A program made the position numbers and the translations under genes. Source: an uncultured Bacteroidales bacterium (GTDB taxonomy: Bacteria > Bacteroidota > Bacteroidia > Bacteroidales > VadinHA17). Taken from it: a stretch of DNA of 64,000 bases. This document shows positions 1 through 9,173 of the stretch, one piece after another. The stretch spans positions 1,695,572-1,759,571 of the forward strand of contig CAWFKI010000005.1 in assembly GCA_963816345.1 (NCBI GenBank), given 5' to 3'. Under the pieces are notes generated by a model. That model saw nothing but the letters and a program-made list of their open reading frames with translations. It did no database searches and had not been told where the DNA came from. How positions within the stretch are numbered: the first letter of the stretch is position 1; the number at the start of each line of letters is the position of its first letter.

Positions 1-282
1 TGAAACATTTGACGAAAAAACGGTATTATCAAGAAATTTGCCTGTATATCTGACAAAGGCTGAATCGCTTATGACAGGAGATCGTCCCGTACCTGTAACA
101 ACTTCAAGATAATATAAACCGCTGGGCTTCTGAACAAAATTAAGACCGGAGTTTTTTGAAAGGTAATCCTGAATCTGCCGCTTTTCTTCTTTCACATATT
201 TATCAGAGGGATTACATGAGGCAAAGAGAATCATGAATCCTGTCATAAGCAGCAGAATTGTTTTATTGCTATTTGTTCTCAT
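1..282 (-). CDS. FKBP-type peptidyl-prolyl isomerase lipoprotein, N-terminal part (gene runs off the window start)
   Basis: Absent from the ORF track because it is truncated by the window edge. Reverse complement from ATG (282-280) reads MRTNSNKTILLLMTGFMILFASCNPSD...SAFVRYTGKFLDNTVFSSNVS with no stop down to position 1. It has a lipobox-like FASC and the start of an FKBP core. Confidence 0.6.
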   Translation of the reverse strand, partial: MRTNSNKTILLLMTGFMILFASCNPSDKYVKEEKRQIQDYLSKNSGLNFVQKPSGLYYLEVVTGTGRSPVISDSAFVRYTGKFLDNTVFSSNVS

Positions 283-407
283 TTCAGGGAATTTGAATTA
301 AATGGATTATTAAAAATAATTAACGTAAAAATAGTAAAATTATTATACTCCCTTAATCCCTGATAGTACAGTCTGGTCAAAATTCTCAGCATCCGGGAAA
401 ATTGATA

Positions 408-923
408 TTATCCTCTTCTTACTTTTACGTGATATACAAGGGTAGCCCGTGGAGGAATTAATTTCCGGTCGCCGATTAATCCATAAGCCAGGAAAGGAGG
501 AATTATGAAGATTGCTTCGGCTCCCGGCCTGAGAAGATGAAGACCTTCATTCAGCCCGGCTTCCATTTCGCTTCGTCCCAGAACAACCTCTTTGGGTCCA
601 AGCTCCTCGGATGAATAGCATCTGGTGCCGTCAAGAAGAGAGCATTCATAATCAATAATAACCCTGTCATTATTTGCAAGGAGCTTCCCCTCCCCCTCTA
701 TAATGATCTGGTACCAGAGACCAGTCGGAGACTCTGACATTTTCAGATTCTTCCTTTCAATATAGTTCTCTATCCTTTCCTTGTCTTTTTTGACAAAATA
801 GCTGTTAAGGTCAGCCATTTCCCCGGTTCCGGGCTGACTCCGGGCAGGATTTTTCTCCGGGCCGTTCCTGCACGACATTAAGGCAAAAAGAAACAGCAAT
901 ATAGCAAGAGATCTGAAAGTCAT
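408..923 (-). CDS. FKBP-type peptidyl-prolyl cis-trans isomerase (lipoprotein)
   Basis: ORF 408..944. I start at the internal Met (MTFRSLAILLFLFALMSCRNG, lipobox), which removes the overlap with the upstream gene. FKBP core: VIIDYECSLLDGTRCYSS...GLNEGLHLLRPGAEAIFIIPPFLAYG. Confidence 0.85.
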   Translation of the reverse strand: MTFRSLAILLFLFALMSCRNGPEKNPARSQPGTGEMADLNSYFVKKDKERIENYIERKNLKMSESPTGLWYQIIIEGEGKLLANNDRVIIDYECSLLDGTRCYSSEELGPKEVVLGRSEMEAGLNEGLHLLRPGAEAIFIIPPFLAYGLIGDRKLIPPRATLVYHVKVRRG

Positions 924-927
924 ATAT

Positions 928-1989
928 TTACTCCGTATCACCAAATCTCCAGAGATTTTCCTTCAGAACTTTAAGGAAATAATCAACAGTGTTTTCAAGA
1001 GTATCCGGATATTCGCCCCCTGATGCGTTCTGATGACCTCCCCCGTAAAAATACTGTGCGGCGAATTCATTTGAACGAAATTTACCTTTTGACCTGAAAG
1101 AAAGCTTAATAAAACCATCTTTTTCTATAAAAAGTACAGAAAAATAGATTCCTTTTATAGTTAATGGCACATTGACAAATCCCTCAGTGTCACCCTTCAC
1201 ATGTTTATACTCCTTGAGGTCATCGCGGGAAAGAGAGATATAAGCCGTTTTGTATTCCGGCATAACGACCATTCTGTTGCTCAGGGCATACCCCTGCAAC
1301 TTTATCCGGTCAGAAGAGTAGTTGTTATATATGAGGTCAAGAATCCTGTCCTTATCGACTCCCACATCAAAAAGATCAGCAACGATCCTTAATGTTTCAG
1401 AGGTATAGGATCCGTATTCAAAGTTACCTGTGTCAGTTATTATGCCGACATAGACAGCCTCCGAATATGGCCTGCTGAGGAAGGGTCCTCCATTGATTCC
1501 GCATATAAGCCCGTGAACAAGCTCGGCGGTTGAGCTTTTGGTAGTATCGGAGATAATAAGATCTGTAAAAACAGAAGGTTCCAGATGATGATCAATCAAT
1601 ACTTTTCTGGCATGGGATGCGATGACATATTTTTCCGCTTCGCCAAGCCGGTTGGATTGGTTAAAATCAACCATTATTATAAGTTCAGCCTGTTCAATAA
1701 GCTTTCTGCAATTTTTCCGCCCGGCTATGAATATTTCTATCTGATCCGCTCCGGGCATCCATTTCAGAAACTCCTGGAGAAAATTTGGAGTTATCATTGA
1801 AACACTTTTTCCCTGAGCCTTAAGAAAATGATAAAGAGCCAGTTGTGAACCTATAGCATCCCCGTCGGGATTGATATGGGAAATTAGAAGTATATTACCT
1901 GATGTTGAGAAAAGATTTGATAATTCTTTTGTATATTTGGATAAATCTGCCACTTTTGCAACAATTTTTAAGCTGGTAAAGTTAAACAA
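928..1989 (-). CDS. DHH/DHHA1 phosphoesterase (NrnA-like oligoribonuclease/pAp phosphatase)
   Basis: 353 aa with a TTG start. Motifs: HINPDGDAIGS, LIDHH and the C-terminal DHHA1 GGGHQNASGG. Confidence 0.85.
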   Translation of the reverse strand: MFNFTSLKIVAKVADLSKYTKELSNLFSTSGNILLISHINPDGDAIGSQLALYHFLKAQGKSVSMITPNFLQEFLKWMPGADQIEIFIAGRKNCRKLIEQAELIIMVDFNQSNRLGEAEKYVIASHARKVLIDHHLEPSVFTDLIISDTTKSSTAELVHGLICGINGGPFLSRPYSEAVYVGIITDTGNFEYGSYTSETLRIVADLFDVGVDKDRILDLIYNNYSSDRIKLQGYALSNRMVVMPEYKTAYISLSRDDLKEYKHVKGDTEGFVNVPLTIKGIYFSVLFIEKDGFIKLSFRSKGKFRSNEFAAQYFYGGGHQNASGGEYPDTLENTVDYFLKVLKENLWRFGDTE

Positions 1990-2035
1990 TATTCGTGAAG
2001 GTCAGTTTTAATGTTAAATTTCAATAGTAAGCCGG

Positions 2036-2458
2036 ATGTACAGTGATTTTACTTTTTCCATTATTAAACCAAATGCAGTCAGGACCGGAAAGACCGGGCC
2101 CATTCTGGCGATGATAAATGAAGGTGGCTTTGAGATATGTGCCATGAGAATGTTAAAAATGACCCTGCCACAGGCAGAATCATTTTATTCAGTTCACAGA
2201 GGGAAGCCCTTTTTTGAAGGGCTGGTCGAATTTATGAGCTCTGGTCCTGTTGTTGTTATGATCCTCAGGCACGAGAATGCAGTAGATGAATTCCGGAAGC
2301 TTATCGGAGCCACTGATCCTGCAAAGGCAGAGCCGGGTACTATCAGAAAGACATTTGCCGTTTCTGTCCAGATGAATGCCGTTCATGGCTCAGACAGTAA
2401 TGAGAATGCGATAAGGGAAGCTAATTTTTTCTTTTCGGAAACAGACAGGTTTTATTAA
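2036..2458 (+). CDS. ndk: nucleoside-diphosphate kinase
   Basis: 140 aa. FSIIKPNAV start, FFEGLVEFMSSGPVVVMIL, and NAVHGSDS containing the active-site His. Confidence 0.95.
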   Translation: MYSDFTFSIIKPNAVRTGKTGPILAMINEGGFEICAMRMLKMTLPQAESFYSVHRGKPFFEGLVEFMSSGPVVVMILRHENAVDEFRKLIGATDPAKAEPGTIRKTFAVSVQMNAVHGSDSNENAIREANFFFSETDRFY

Positions 2459-2664
2459 CAGGGCTGTCGTATTGATTTTCTGATCCGGCTCAGATTTATA
2501 TTGAGCCATTGGGGTCTCCATATCAGGCATATATAAAGCCAATAAGATTAATTGCCTTCCTGCGGATGGCCCATAAGGTGACTTCCCTCACTTTTCCCTT
2601 TGCTGCAATCTATAAACATTAAATCCTGTTTTGTGTTATTAGCAATAGTATTTTATAAGATGAT

Positions 2665-4413
2665 ATGAGCTCAACTATAAACAAAGACTTCTCAGATAAA
2701 AAAAACCTGGAAAAATATTCCTCCGCGTTCACCCTGTCAGATATGGAGATTTTTATCTTCCCGGAATTGTTTTATCCTCTTGTGATAGCAGATATAATGT
2801 CTCCCATCCTGTGGAAATGGAGAGATGATCCGTGGTTTAAGGGAATAGAAAAGAAAAGCTTCAACGGAAAAGCCAACAGGATAAAGCAATTCATTATACA
2901 AAACTATGTATTCAATCTTGACCTTTCTACCTGGGGACTTACAACAAAACCAGCTGAATTAGCCAGGTTCAGTGACTTTTTTGATATGGACCTGCTTAAA
3001 CACTCCAATGCCCTCTTCGGTTATGAGGGTGACAAATACTATTTTGACATTGATATCAGAAAGCATTTCGGTCTTGACAAGTTTGACTCCGATATAATTC
3101 CCTACTGGAAGACTGAGACTATCGAGGCAATGACAGCATTCAGATACAAAGATACCTTTGCTACTGGTGCGGGGGAATGTGTTTCATTATCAGCGCTGTA
3201 TGCAGCTGCAATGTTTGTAATAGGCAGAATTCCCCTCGATAAGATCTTTCTGATAGCCACACCTCTTCATTCACAGAATTTCATTACCGAGAAGGAAGGA
3301 CTGATAACAAATAACAGAAGAATTGTCACAAAGAATATGTGGTTCAACGGAACCTCCCTTTCCGAAAAGGCCAGAAGAGCTATGGAGAACGAAAAGGTGA
3401 CAATTGTCTCTCACATTTCAGGATATATACATACTCTGTACAGGGAGGCAACAATTGACCGGAAGGCCTATGAACATTTTTCTGTAAAGCTGAGAGAATT
3501 CCTGAAAACAGGCCTTACCAGCCTTGTATTCATTAATTTCCTCCGGTTTAAATCGAGATATAAAAATCTGTTCCAGTATTGCTGCGATTGCGTGGGTGCG
3601 CAGAGATATGTCTCTCTTGAAAAAATGTTTGAATATGAACATTCAAGCAAATTCAATTTATCAGCAGAAACACGTGAATTACTTGTAATGGAGATCGAGG
3701 GTGACGAATTTCACCTGAGCCCGATATTGGGAAAAATGATCCTTAATGACTTCGAGGCAATTCTCGATGCATATTCGGGATCGGATCTTGAGGAGATAGA
3801 AAAGAAATTCATTGAGGCAGCAGCAGGCAATTCAGAAGATCAGATCCATCAGATGTTCATAGATCTGAAGGAATTTATTTACACAGATCCTGATATCCCG
3901 GATCCGGAAAAGGATTACGTGAATACTTATAAGTTATCCATTTCTGCTGATGACAGCCGGGAAGCAATAATTGAATCAATTGAGAAGCACTCAAAGCAAT
4001 CAGAGTCATCAAACCTTGCGCTCTACATCTTCAGACAGATGGATAAGATAGACTGGCTGCCATTTGTAAAGGCTGCTATTGAGAGAAATCCCGTCTGCTT
4101 CACCGATCTTGAAAAGAAAGGCTCTATGGAGGTTTACGATCTTCTGAAAAGGTTGCCTGACGAATCAATCTATGACGGTCAGAGAATGGCACTGCCTGAT
4201 GAAGTCTGGAATTTCAGAAGAGGTGATGGTATTGAGAAGGCGCTACTGTTTGCTGATTTTCTTGTTCATAAAAACAAATCCGCAGAAATCACCATTGAGG
4301 CGGATCACAGGAAGATCCTTCTGAAATACCGCGATTACGAATTTCATTTCACCTCAAACAAGAAATTCAGGAAGCTTATCCGGATAAATGGATTGAACTA
4401 TGTGATCAGTTAG
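2665..4413 (+). CDS. conserved hypothetical protein with a possible transglutaminase/papain-like Cys-His core
   Basis: 582-aa uninterrupted ORF with no signal peptide. The segment GAGECVSLSALYAAAMFVIGRIPLD...ATPLHSQNF resembles the G-x-C...R-x-x-G-I-P...H pattern of transglutaminase-like cores. The function is not established. Confidence 0.7.
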   Translation: MSSTINKDFSDKKNLEKYSSAFTLSDMEIFIFPELFYPLVIADIMSPILWKWRDDPWFKGIEKKSFNGKANRIKQFIIQNYVFNLDLSTWGLTTKPAELARFSDFFDMDLLKHSNALFGYEGDKYYFDIDIRKHFGLDKFDSDIIPYWKTETIEAMTAFRYKDTFATGAGECVSLSALYAAAMFVIGRIPLDKIFLIATPLHSQNFITEKEGLITNNRRIVTKNMWFNGTSLSEKARRAMENEKVTIVSHISGYIHTLYREATIDRKAYEHFSVKLREFLKTGLTSLVFINFLRFKSRYKNLFQYCCDCVGAQRYVSLEKMFEYEHSSKFNLSAETRELLVMEIEGDEFHLSPILGKMILNDFEAILDAYSGSDLEEIEKKFIEAAAGNSEDQIHQMFIDLKEFIYTDPDIPDPEKDYVNTYKLSISADDSREAIIESIEKHSKQSESSNLALYIFRQMDKIDWLPFVKAAIERNPVCFTDLEKKGSMEVYDLLKRLPDESIYDGQRMALPDEVWNFRRGDGIEKALLFADFLVHKNKSAEITIEADHRKILLKYRDYEFHFTSNKKFRKLIRINGLNYVIS

Positions 4414-4419
4414 GGGTTT

Positions 4420-4710
4420 CTATCGGAGTACAATATCCCTGATTACCTCACTCCCGGCCTTTTCATTAAGCTTTGACCTGAGAGTTTCCCTGAGCATGAG
4501 CAATTCATTCCTGACCACTGAGGAATTAAGATGAACGAACAATACATGATCTTTAATATAAATCTTTGTTGTCCGTGAACTGATTGCTTTCCCCACAATC
4601 TCTTCCCATGAATTGATAACTCCGGCTTCACTGAGCTTGTCACCAAAATTCATCTCTTTAATAAAATCGCTTACCGCCTCTGCAATTGATATGGTTTTGC
4701 TACGTCTCAT
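4420..4710 (-). CDS. DUF721 (RecF-associated, YbcI-like) protein
   Basis: ORF 4420..4779. I start at the internal Met (MRRSKTISIAEAVSDFIKE...). It sits immediately downstream of recF, overlapping it by 11 nt, which is the conserved position of DUF721. Confidence 0.75.
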   Translation of the reverse strand: MRRSKTISIAEAVSDFIKEMNFGDKLSEAGVINSWEEIVGKAISSRTTKIYIKDHVLFVHLNSSVVRNELLMLRETLRSKLNEKAGSEVIRDIVLR

Positions 4711-5833
4711 AACCGGTTGAGTTTTTCTTTGAAATCTCTTCGACTTTATTGTCTGATATATTAAACAATTTATAATCAACGTTGTGTGAAAACAGGATCT
4801 CTTTCAGACGATCCCGGTGAGTGTCTGTGATGAATATCTGGCCAAACTTGTTGTTGCTCACCAGCTTAATAATCTGTTCAACTCTTCCGGCATCAAATTT
4901 ATCAAAGATATCGTCGAGTAACAGGATCGGTGAAAAACCTGCCTTTCTTTTAATATATTCGAATTTTGCGAGCTTTAGAGCCACAAGAAATGATTTCTGC
5001 TGTCCCTGTGAACCCAGTGACTTCACCGGAAAGTCATTCATTTCCAGAAGCAGGTCATCTTTGTGTATGCCGACGGTTGTGTACTCCAGGATCCTGTCTT
5101 TCTCAAGTGATCTCGTCAGGCTTTCAAGAAAATTCCCTTCAGAAAGATGAGAGAGATATTGCAGTCTCACACGCTCCCTTCCACCTGATATCAAAGTATA
5201 ATATTCCTGGAAAACAGGTATAAGATCGTTAACGAGAATATCTCTTTCGGAATAGATATAATTTCCGTACTTATCAAGCTGGGCATCCCATACTGACAGG
5301 GATTCGGCATCAAACCTGCCTGATGACCTGAAGTCCTTGAGAAGCCGGTTTCGTTGCTGCAATGCCTTTCCGTACCGCAGTACCGAGTCAAGATATGCGG
5401 CATTGTACTGGCTGATAATTTTGTTAAGGAACTTCCTCCTCTCTTCACTCCCCTCGGTGATCAGGGAGGCATCGGCCGGTGACATCATAACAACAGGATA
5501 TCTTCCCACATGATCTGAAAGCTTCTGATATTCCTTCCCGTTCCTTTTCAATAATTTTTGTCTCTGCTTCTGAAAGGCACAATAGATATCTTCTTCATTT
5601 CCATCCCTCAGGAATGTTCCCTGTATAATAAAATAGTCCTCACCATGCCTTATGCTGATACTATCGATGCTGTTAAAAAAACTCTTTGTAAGGGAGAGAT
5701 AATGTATGGCATCCAGTATGTTGGTCTTACCGACTCCGTTATTTCCGACAAAGCAGTTTATCCTGGGAGAGAACTCAAGCCCGCTGAGCTCATAGTTCTT
5801 GAAATTGGTAAGTATAAGCTTCTTAAGATACAT
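4700..5833 (-). CDS. recF: DNA replication and repair protein RecF
   Basis: 377 aa. Walker A GNNGVGKTNILDAI, signature SQGQQKS, Walker B LLLDDIFDKFD. Confidence 0.95.
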   Translation of the reverse strand: MYLKKLILTNFKNYELSGLEFSPRINCFVGNNGVGKTNILDAIHYLSLTKSFFNSIDSISIRHGEDYFIIQGTFLRDGNEEDIYCAFQKQRQKLLKRNGKEYQKLSDHVGRYPVVMMSPADASLITEGSEERRKFLNKIISQYNAAYLDSVLRYGKALQQRNRLLKDFRSSGRFDAESLSVWDAQLDKYGNYIYSERDILVNDLIPVFQEYYTLISGGRERVRLQYLSHLSEGNFLESLTRSLEKDRILEYTTVGIHKDDLLLEMNDFPVKSLGSQGQQKSFLVALKLAKFEYIKRKAGFSPILLLDDIFDKFDAGRVEQIIKLVSNNKFGQIFITDTHRDRLKEILFSHNVDYKLFNISDNKVEEISKKNSTGYET

Positions 5834-5890
5834 GAAATATTAAATCAGCAGTAAAAAGAAAAAACAATCACGATAAATGATAATAATGTT

Positions 5891-5898
5891 CAAAGTTA
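5891..5898 (-). promoter_or_regulatory. Bacteroidota-type -7 box (TAACTTTG) upstream of recF
   Basis: The minus strand reads TAACTTTG, matching TAnnTTTG, 58 nt upstream of the recF ATG. Confidence 0.35.
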
Positions 5899-6058
5899 GA
5901 AAAAGATGCGAACGATAGGAACTGCAAAGAGGAAGTATATAATTATAACCTGCAGGAAGATTTTAAGAATTAACGCCTGATATTCAATAATATAGCATTT
6001 ATTTACTGCTCCCGGATATAATCATTAAATAATTGTTTTAAAATTACTTGAAAAAAAT

Positions 6059-6066
6059 TACTTTTG
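6059..6066 (+). promoter_or_regulatory. Bacteroidota-type -7 box (TACTTTTG) upstream of the TPR-ribH pair
   Basis: TACTTTTG matches TAnnTTTG, 37 nt upstream of the ATG at 6103. Confidence 0.4.
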
Positions 6067-6102
6067 CGGAGGTAAATTTTGAAGTTAAACTGTAAACCCG
6101 GT

Positions 6103-6801
6103 ATGGCAAAGAAGAAGAAGGATGCAAGTCCACAGACCATTTCAAATGTTGAGCAAACACTGACCAGCACTGAACAATTTCTTGAGGAGAACTATAAATC
6201 TTTGCTTGTCGGGCTTTCTGTAATTATTATTCTGGTAGGATTAGGCTGGCTTGGCAAGATCTATCTTAATAAGAGGAACGATGAAGCCCAGTCGCAGATG
6301 TACCAGGCACAGAGATACCTTGAAATGGATTCACTGAAACTGGCATTAAACGGAGATGGCAACTATCTAGGATTTCTTGATGTTGCAAAAAGCTATAAGC
6401 TTACTAATGCCGGCAACCTGGCTCTTTACAGTGCGGGAATATGCTATCTGCATCTGGGCCAGTACCAGGATGCAATTGATTTTCTGGATAAATACAAAAA
6501 GAAGGATAAAGTTATAGGCTCCATAGCAATTGGTGCAACCGGTGATGCTTACGTTCAACTTGGAGACCTTGCAAAAGGCGTCTCTAAATATCTGGAGGCA
6601 GCAGATTTCGCCAGCAATTCTTTCAACACGCCATTGTATCTGATGAAAGCTGCAGAGATCGATGAATTGTCAGGTAAATATCCCGACGCTCTTAAGCTCT
6701 ATGAAAGGATTGAAACAGAGTATCCTGAGAGCACGGAGGGGACAACAATAGATAAGTATATCGCCAGGGTAAAGATTCTTATGAAGCAGACTAAGCCCTG
6801 A
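6103..6801 (+). CDS. membrane-anchored tetratricopeptide-repeat protein (YfgM-like)
   Basis: ORF 6079..6801. I start at MAKKKKD. One TM segment (LLVGLSVIIILVGLGWLG) is followed by TPR-like helices (AGICYLHLGQYQDAIDFLDKY...). It sits directly upstream of ribH. Confidence 0.8.
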   Translation: MAKKKKDASPQTISNVEQTLTSTEQFLEENYKSLLVGLSVIIILVGLGWLGKIYLNKRNDEAQSQMYQAQRYLEMDSLKLALNGDGNYLGFLDVAKSYKLTNAGNLALYSAGICYLHLGQYQDAIDFLDKYKKKDKVIGSIAIGATGDAYVQLGDLAKGVSKYLEAADFASNSFNTPLYLMKAAEIDELSGKYPDALKLYERIETEYPESTEGTTIDKYIARVKILMKQTKP

Positions 6802-6872
6802 TGTGCTTTTAAAATAACTGTTGATTGCATATCACCCCGATGGCAATTGTATTTCTTATCAAAAAATTCATT

Positions 6873-7361
6873 ATGGCCACAGTAAATCTTTCTGCATATG
6901 ATCACAATGGTGTTCCTGATGCGACTGATATGCGGTTTGGCATTGTCGTTTCCGACTGGAACAGCGAGGTTACATTGTCATTGCTTGAAGGTGCCCTCAC
7001 TACACTGAAGAAACATGGTGTCGGTCATAATAATATTGTGGTAAAGCATGTACCCGGAAGCTTTGAACTTACTCTCGGGGCGCAGTTCCTTGCCGAATAC
7101 GATGATCCGGATGCAGTTATCTGCCTGGGATGCGTTATTCAGGGGGAGACACCCCACTTTAATTATATCTGCCAGGGGGTGACAGCCGGTATTACCCAGC
7201 TTAATTTGGAGTACAACATACCTTTTATTTTCGGTGTACTCACAACAGCCACCCATCAGCAGGCTGTTGACAGGGCCGGCGGAAAACTTGGAAATAAAGG
7301 TGATGAAGCAGCTGTTACGGCAATTAAAATGGCTGCCCTTCAGCGTGAAATGGAGAATTAG
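6873..7361 (+). CDS. ribH: 6,7-dimethyl-8-ribityllumazine synthase
   Basis: ORF 6825..7361. I start at MATVNLS. Motifs: [36 protein letters not shown]. Confidence 0.93.
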   Translation: MATVNLSAYDHNGVPDATDMRFGIVVSDWNSEVTLSLLEGALTTLKKHGVGHNNIVVKHVPGSFELTLGAQFLAEYDDPDAVICLGCVIQGETPHFNYICQGVTAGITQLNLEYNIPFIFGVLTTATHQQAVDRAGGKLGNKGDEAAVTAIKMAALQREMEN

Positions 7362-7363
7362 AG

Positions 7364-9172
7364 CTATCTGAGCACTTTACGCACAAATGCAACCGTAAAG
7401 TAAGACATCATAAATACCCCCATAAATCCTTCAAGACCGGATATCAACCGGCTGAGCCCTATAGGGTAAACATCTCCATAACCAATTGTAAAAAATGTAA
7501 TAGCACTGTGGTAGAACGATTGAACAACTACTGACAGCTGGTCGGGATTATTGACTGTTGAAACCGTGCTGCCAAGTCCTGTCAGATCAAGAACAATATA
7601 GACTGATCCAAAAAATAACCAGAATACCAGTACACTGAAAAGGACCCTCCCGGGCGATGTTGCAAAGAGTCCCATCTTATCAAATACGAGCCACTGGAAA
7701 GCATGCGGGATGTAACTTAATATTTTTATGATCCCTCCCCTTTCCTTCTGTTCGTCAAGCCATGATCCGGCCTCATACCGCTTGAACATTATGTAGGCTT
7801 CGTCCTCATCCTCATATTTCCCGGTACTGCTGAAATTCTCCTTCAGAATCCTGAACTGTTCGGCCTTTTGTCTTGAGGTAGTGCCTGGCTGCCTGATGAT
7901 CACCTCTTTACATTTATTTAATTTCCAGTCAATATACATTTTACCAGGCAGCCTCATACCTGACATATCTATAGTTTTTATATCAACCGGGAAATCATAT
8001 GGTTCAAGGTCTACTATATCCCTAACGATGGTATCTGAAATATCCAGCAGGTTTGCACCGGCCAGACGGAGATCAACGTAGTGATCAAGATGGCATGACC
8101 TTAACGACAAATTACCTAACTCCGACTGATAAAAGCTCACATCCCCGTTCCCGAAATCAGTTTTGTCGAAGCTGATATCCGTGTCAGCCATTTCCATAAG
8201 ACTGAAATTTTTTGATCCGGAGCCCATTTCCACTTTCTTGAAATGTATCTTACCTGCCGTGCAGGACGCCCCTTCAAAATTAACATCCCCGTTTCCAAAG
8301 ACCGAACGGTTAAAGTTTATTCTGCCTGAACCAAAATCCACAGTCCTGAAGTCAACGCGGCTATTGCCAAATTCTGTTCTTTCGAATATTATTTCGCAAT
8401 CACGAAAAACAGAATAATGAAAATCTACTTTGCCCCCTTCTATCCTGGTCACCTTGAAGCTGAATCGCCCGCTGTTAAAATGAGAATTGATGAAAAGAAG
8501 ATCTCCATAGTTAAACTCCGTATTGGCAAAACTTACTTCTCCCTTTCCAAACTGAATGTCCTGAAAATCTTTGGTCCCGTCTTTTACAACAGCGTTTTTA
8601 AAGAGAAAGTCACCTTCACCAAAAACCGAACCTGTAAACTCAATATTGCCATCGCGGAACAGGGTATTTGAGAAATTTATGTTCCCATTCTTAATCTGGG
8701 AGCCGGTAAAGAGGACTTTTCCTCTGGCAAAATGACTTCCCTCAAAACTTATATTACGTCCGCTAAAAGAGGAATATGAAAAATCGATGCTGATCCCCGA
8801 TTCAAAAAACGCATTTTTTGCGGAAAATTCCTTAATTGTAACAAGCTCCTTCTTATCCAATCCGTTTTTTCTCCTGTAGGCAGATAATGAGAATTCGCTG
8901 ATGTAACAATTATCAAGTAAAATCCTGCTCCCGGCCTTTATCTGGTCGTAAATTGAATCGGAATCTACCGCACCAAATAACTGCGAACCAGTTTCCTCGC
9001 CTTTGCCATCTAAAAAAGTTACGATGGCAGTAACCGGAAAAGTTCTGCCATCATCAGTAGTGAATTCGGCGTCTTTTAACCCGACATGATAATTTGAATA
9101 TCCGGAAATCATCCTCTCTTTTAATAAAGCCAAATTACTAAAAAATGAATACCGGGGCAAATCATTGTGCAA
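7364..9172 (-). CDS. pentapeptide-repeat domain fused to a two-TM K+ channel pore
   Basis: 602 aa. About 30 consecutive 5-residue repeats (FSNTLFRDGNIEFTGSVFGEGDFLFKNAVV...VDFGSGRINFNRSVFGNGDVNFEG). The C-terminus has M1-pore-M2 with selectivity filter FFTIGYGDVYP. The TTG at 9172 lies 1 nt after the AddB-like stop. An alternative ATG lies at 9112. Confidence 0.85.
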   Translation of the reverse strand: MHNDLPRYSFFSNLALLKERMISGYSNYHVGLKDAEFTTDDGRTFPVTAIVTFLDGKGEETGSQLFGAVDSDSIYDQIKAGSRILLDNCYISEFSLSAYRRKNGLDKKELVTIKEFSAKNAFFESGISIDFSYSSFSGRNISFEGSHFARGKVLFTGSQIKNGNINFSNTLFRDGNIEFTGSVFGEGDFLFKNAVVKDGTKDFQDIQFGKGEVSFANTEFNYGDLLFINSHFNSGRFSFKVTRIEGGKVDFHYSVFRDCEIIFERTEFGNSRVDFRTVDFGSGRINFNRSVFGNGDVNFEGASCTAGKIHFKKVEMGSGSKNFSLMEMADTDISFDKTDFGNGDVSFYQSELGNLSLRSCHLDHYVDLRLAGANLLDISDTIVRDIVDLEPYDFPVDIKTIDMSGMRLPGKMYIDWKLNKCKEVIIRQPGTTSRQKAEQFRILKENFSSTGKYEDEDEAYIMFKRYEAGSWLDEQKERGGIIKILSYIPHAFQWLVFDKMGLFATSPGRVLFSVLVFWLFFGSVYIVLDLTGLGSTVSTVNNPDQLSVVVQSFYHSAITFFTIGYGDVYPIGLSRLISGLEGFMGVFMMSYFTVAFVRKVLR

Positions 9173-9173
9173 C

